From the NCBI GenBank assembly GCA_963740315.1, contig CAVUDP010000002.1, positions 3,488,001 to 3,552,000 on the forward strand: a stretch of 64,000 nt of DNA, written 5' to 3'. The notes below the pieces were generated by a model. The model saw only the letters and a program-made list of their open reading frames with translations, was not told where the DNA came from and searched no databases. The position numbers and the translations under genes were made by a program. Every line of letters starts with the position of its first letter. Position 1 is the first letter of the stretch. The stretch comes from an uncultured cyanobacterium (GTDB taxonomy: Bacteria; Cyanobacteriota; Cyanobacteriia; Cyanobacteriales; Nostocaceae). Shown in pieces: positions 63,168-64,000 of this stretch.

Positions 63168-63751
63168 ATCTATAAAAAAAATTGATAGGCGCTCTTTTAC
63201 CAGATTATTGCATTGACTGCAATAAAAAAATGTAAGGCATACAAGGCAATAATTTTACTTTAAGTAGCGTCCATTCTTTACGTTACTTTTTGGCTCTGCG
63301 TAAAAGCCCGCTGGCTGTTGCTTAGAAACTCCCTGTTTCACTTGCTAAATATAAGTCAAATTACTTACAGGATAATCTTCGTAAAAAAAGTATTTGTTAA
63401 GTTTTGCAAAAAAGCTACAATTTACCTTTAAAATTGCTAAGGTGCCATTTTATGCTTAAGCAGTCCTTTACGGCTTAGCATCACTTGACACACTGTTAGT
63501 GATTCTTATCGCTCTCAACCAACTCCTCACAGCACTAGTTTTCGAGTTTATGTAGGGGTGCGGTCTGCTGCACCCTACTTTTGGTGTGCCAGTACCGCGA
63601 GTAACAATCGTGGATTTTAATGTAGTGTTTACGATGCAGGCAAATCAGCCTAAGTAACGTTATATACTTACAATTGCTGGGGTAACACTATATACTCTCT
63701 ATAGAAATTACAGGCTCAACATTAAGGCATTTTTTTAGCCATTCACTTACT

Positions 63752-64000
63752 ATGAAACTTGAGGATATATATCAATTCTTTGAGAATCCTCCGCCAACCT
63801 ACCTCTGTCAGGAACTAGCTGTTTGTTATATCTTGTCTGTTTTGCAACAAGGGGAATCTTACGGCACCGAGTTGATCCAAAAACTGGAGTCCGAATATCC
63901 AACTTATCGGCTTTCGGATACCGTGCTTTATAGCGCAATTAAGTTTCTTGAAGACCAGAAAGCAATTACTGGATACTGGAAGAAGCTTGAAGGACGCGGT
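63752..64000 (+). CDS. pex: PadR-family regulator Pex (runs off the window end)
   Basis: Manual translation MKLEDIYQFFENPPPTYLCQELAVCYILSVL..GESYGTELIQ.LE.EYP.YRLSDTVLYSAIKFLE...GYWKKLEGRG. Confidence 0.88.
   Translation, partial: MKLEDIYQFFENPPPTYLCQELAVCYILSVLQQGESYGTELIQKLESEYPTYRLSDTVLYSAIKFLEDQKAITGYWKKLEGRG

Noticed and set aside
63750..63938. 62 aa minus-strand ORF
   Set aside because: Antisense shadow of pex

Overview
AT-rich chromosomal window from a filamentous, probably heterocyst-forming cyanobacterium (Nostocales-like). The evidence is frequent HIP1 GCGATCGC sites, STRR heptamer/octamer tandem repeats, psbA, and the gpsA-sigC-furA-(PG-binding)-cobN-cikA gene order. Core genes: mtnP (partial), psbA, tRNA-Pro(CGG), lipA, gpsA, sigC, furA, cobN, a cikA-like kinase, ftsX, aat, rpsN, nth, rseP, serS and pex (partial). 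Accessory regions: (i) a decayed stretch at about 5.1-9.2 kb with Uma2 genes, gene stubs and a trypco2/TPR deletion scar; (ii) an HTH-NB-ARC-WD40 gene divergent from a SnoaL-like gene; (iii) a ~9.5 kb Wzm/Wzt glycan cluster with a sulfotransferase and a FkbM methyltransferase, bracketed by a duplicated 5' end of the neighbouring cytochrome b gene; (iv) a toxin-antitoxin islet at 28-32.5 kb. The best novelty candidate lies in that islet: a DarT-type DNA ADP-ribosyltransferase fused to an N-terminal cold-shock domain and a long charged helix, followed by a DarG1/NADAR-type antitoxin. Non-coding features include a 5-unit 117-119 bp palindromic tandem array, a tandem duplication showing both the empty and filled site of a 248 bp MITE, GTAG-type REPs and two candidate structured RNAs. 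Several single-base frameshifts may be assembly errors. All family calls come from motif recognition by eye, not database searches.
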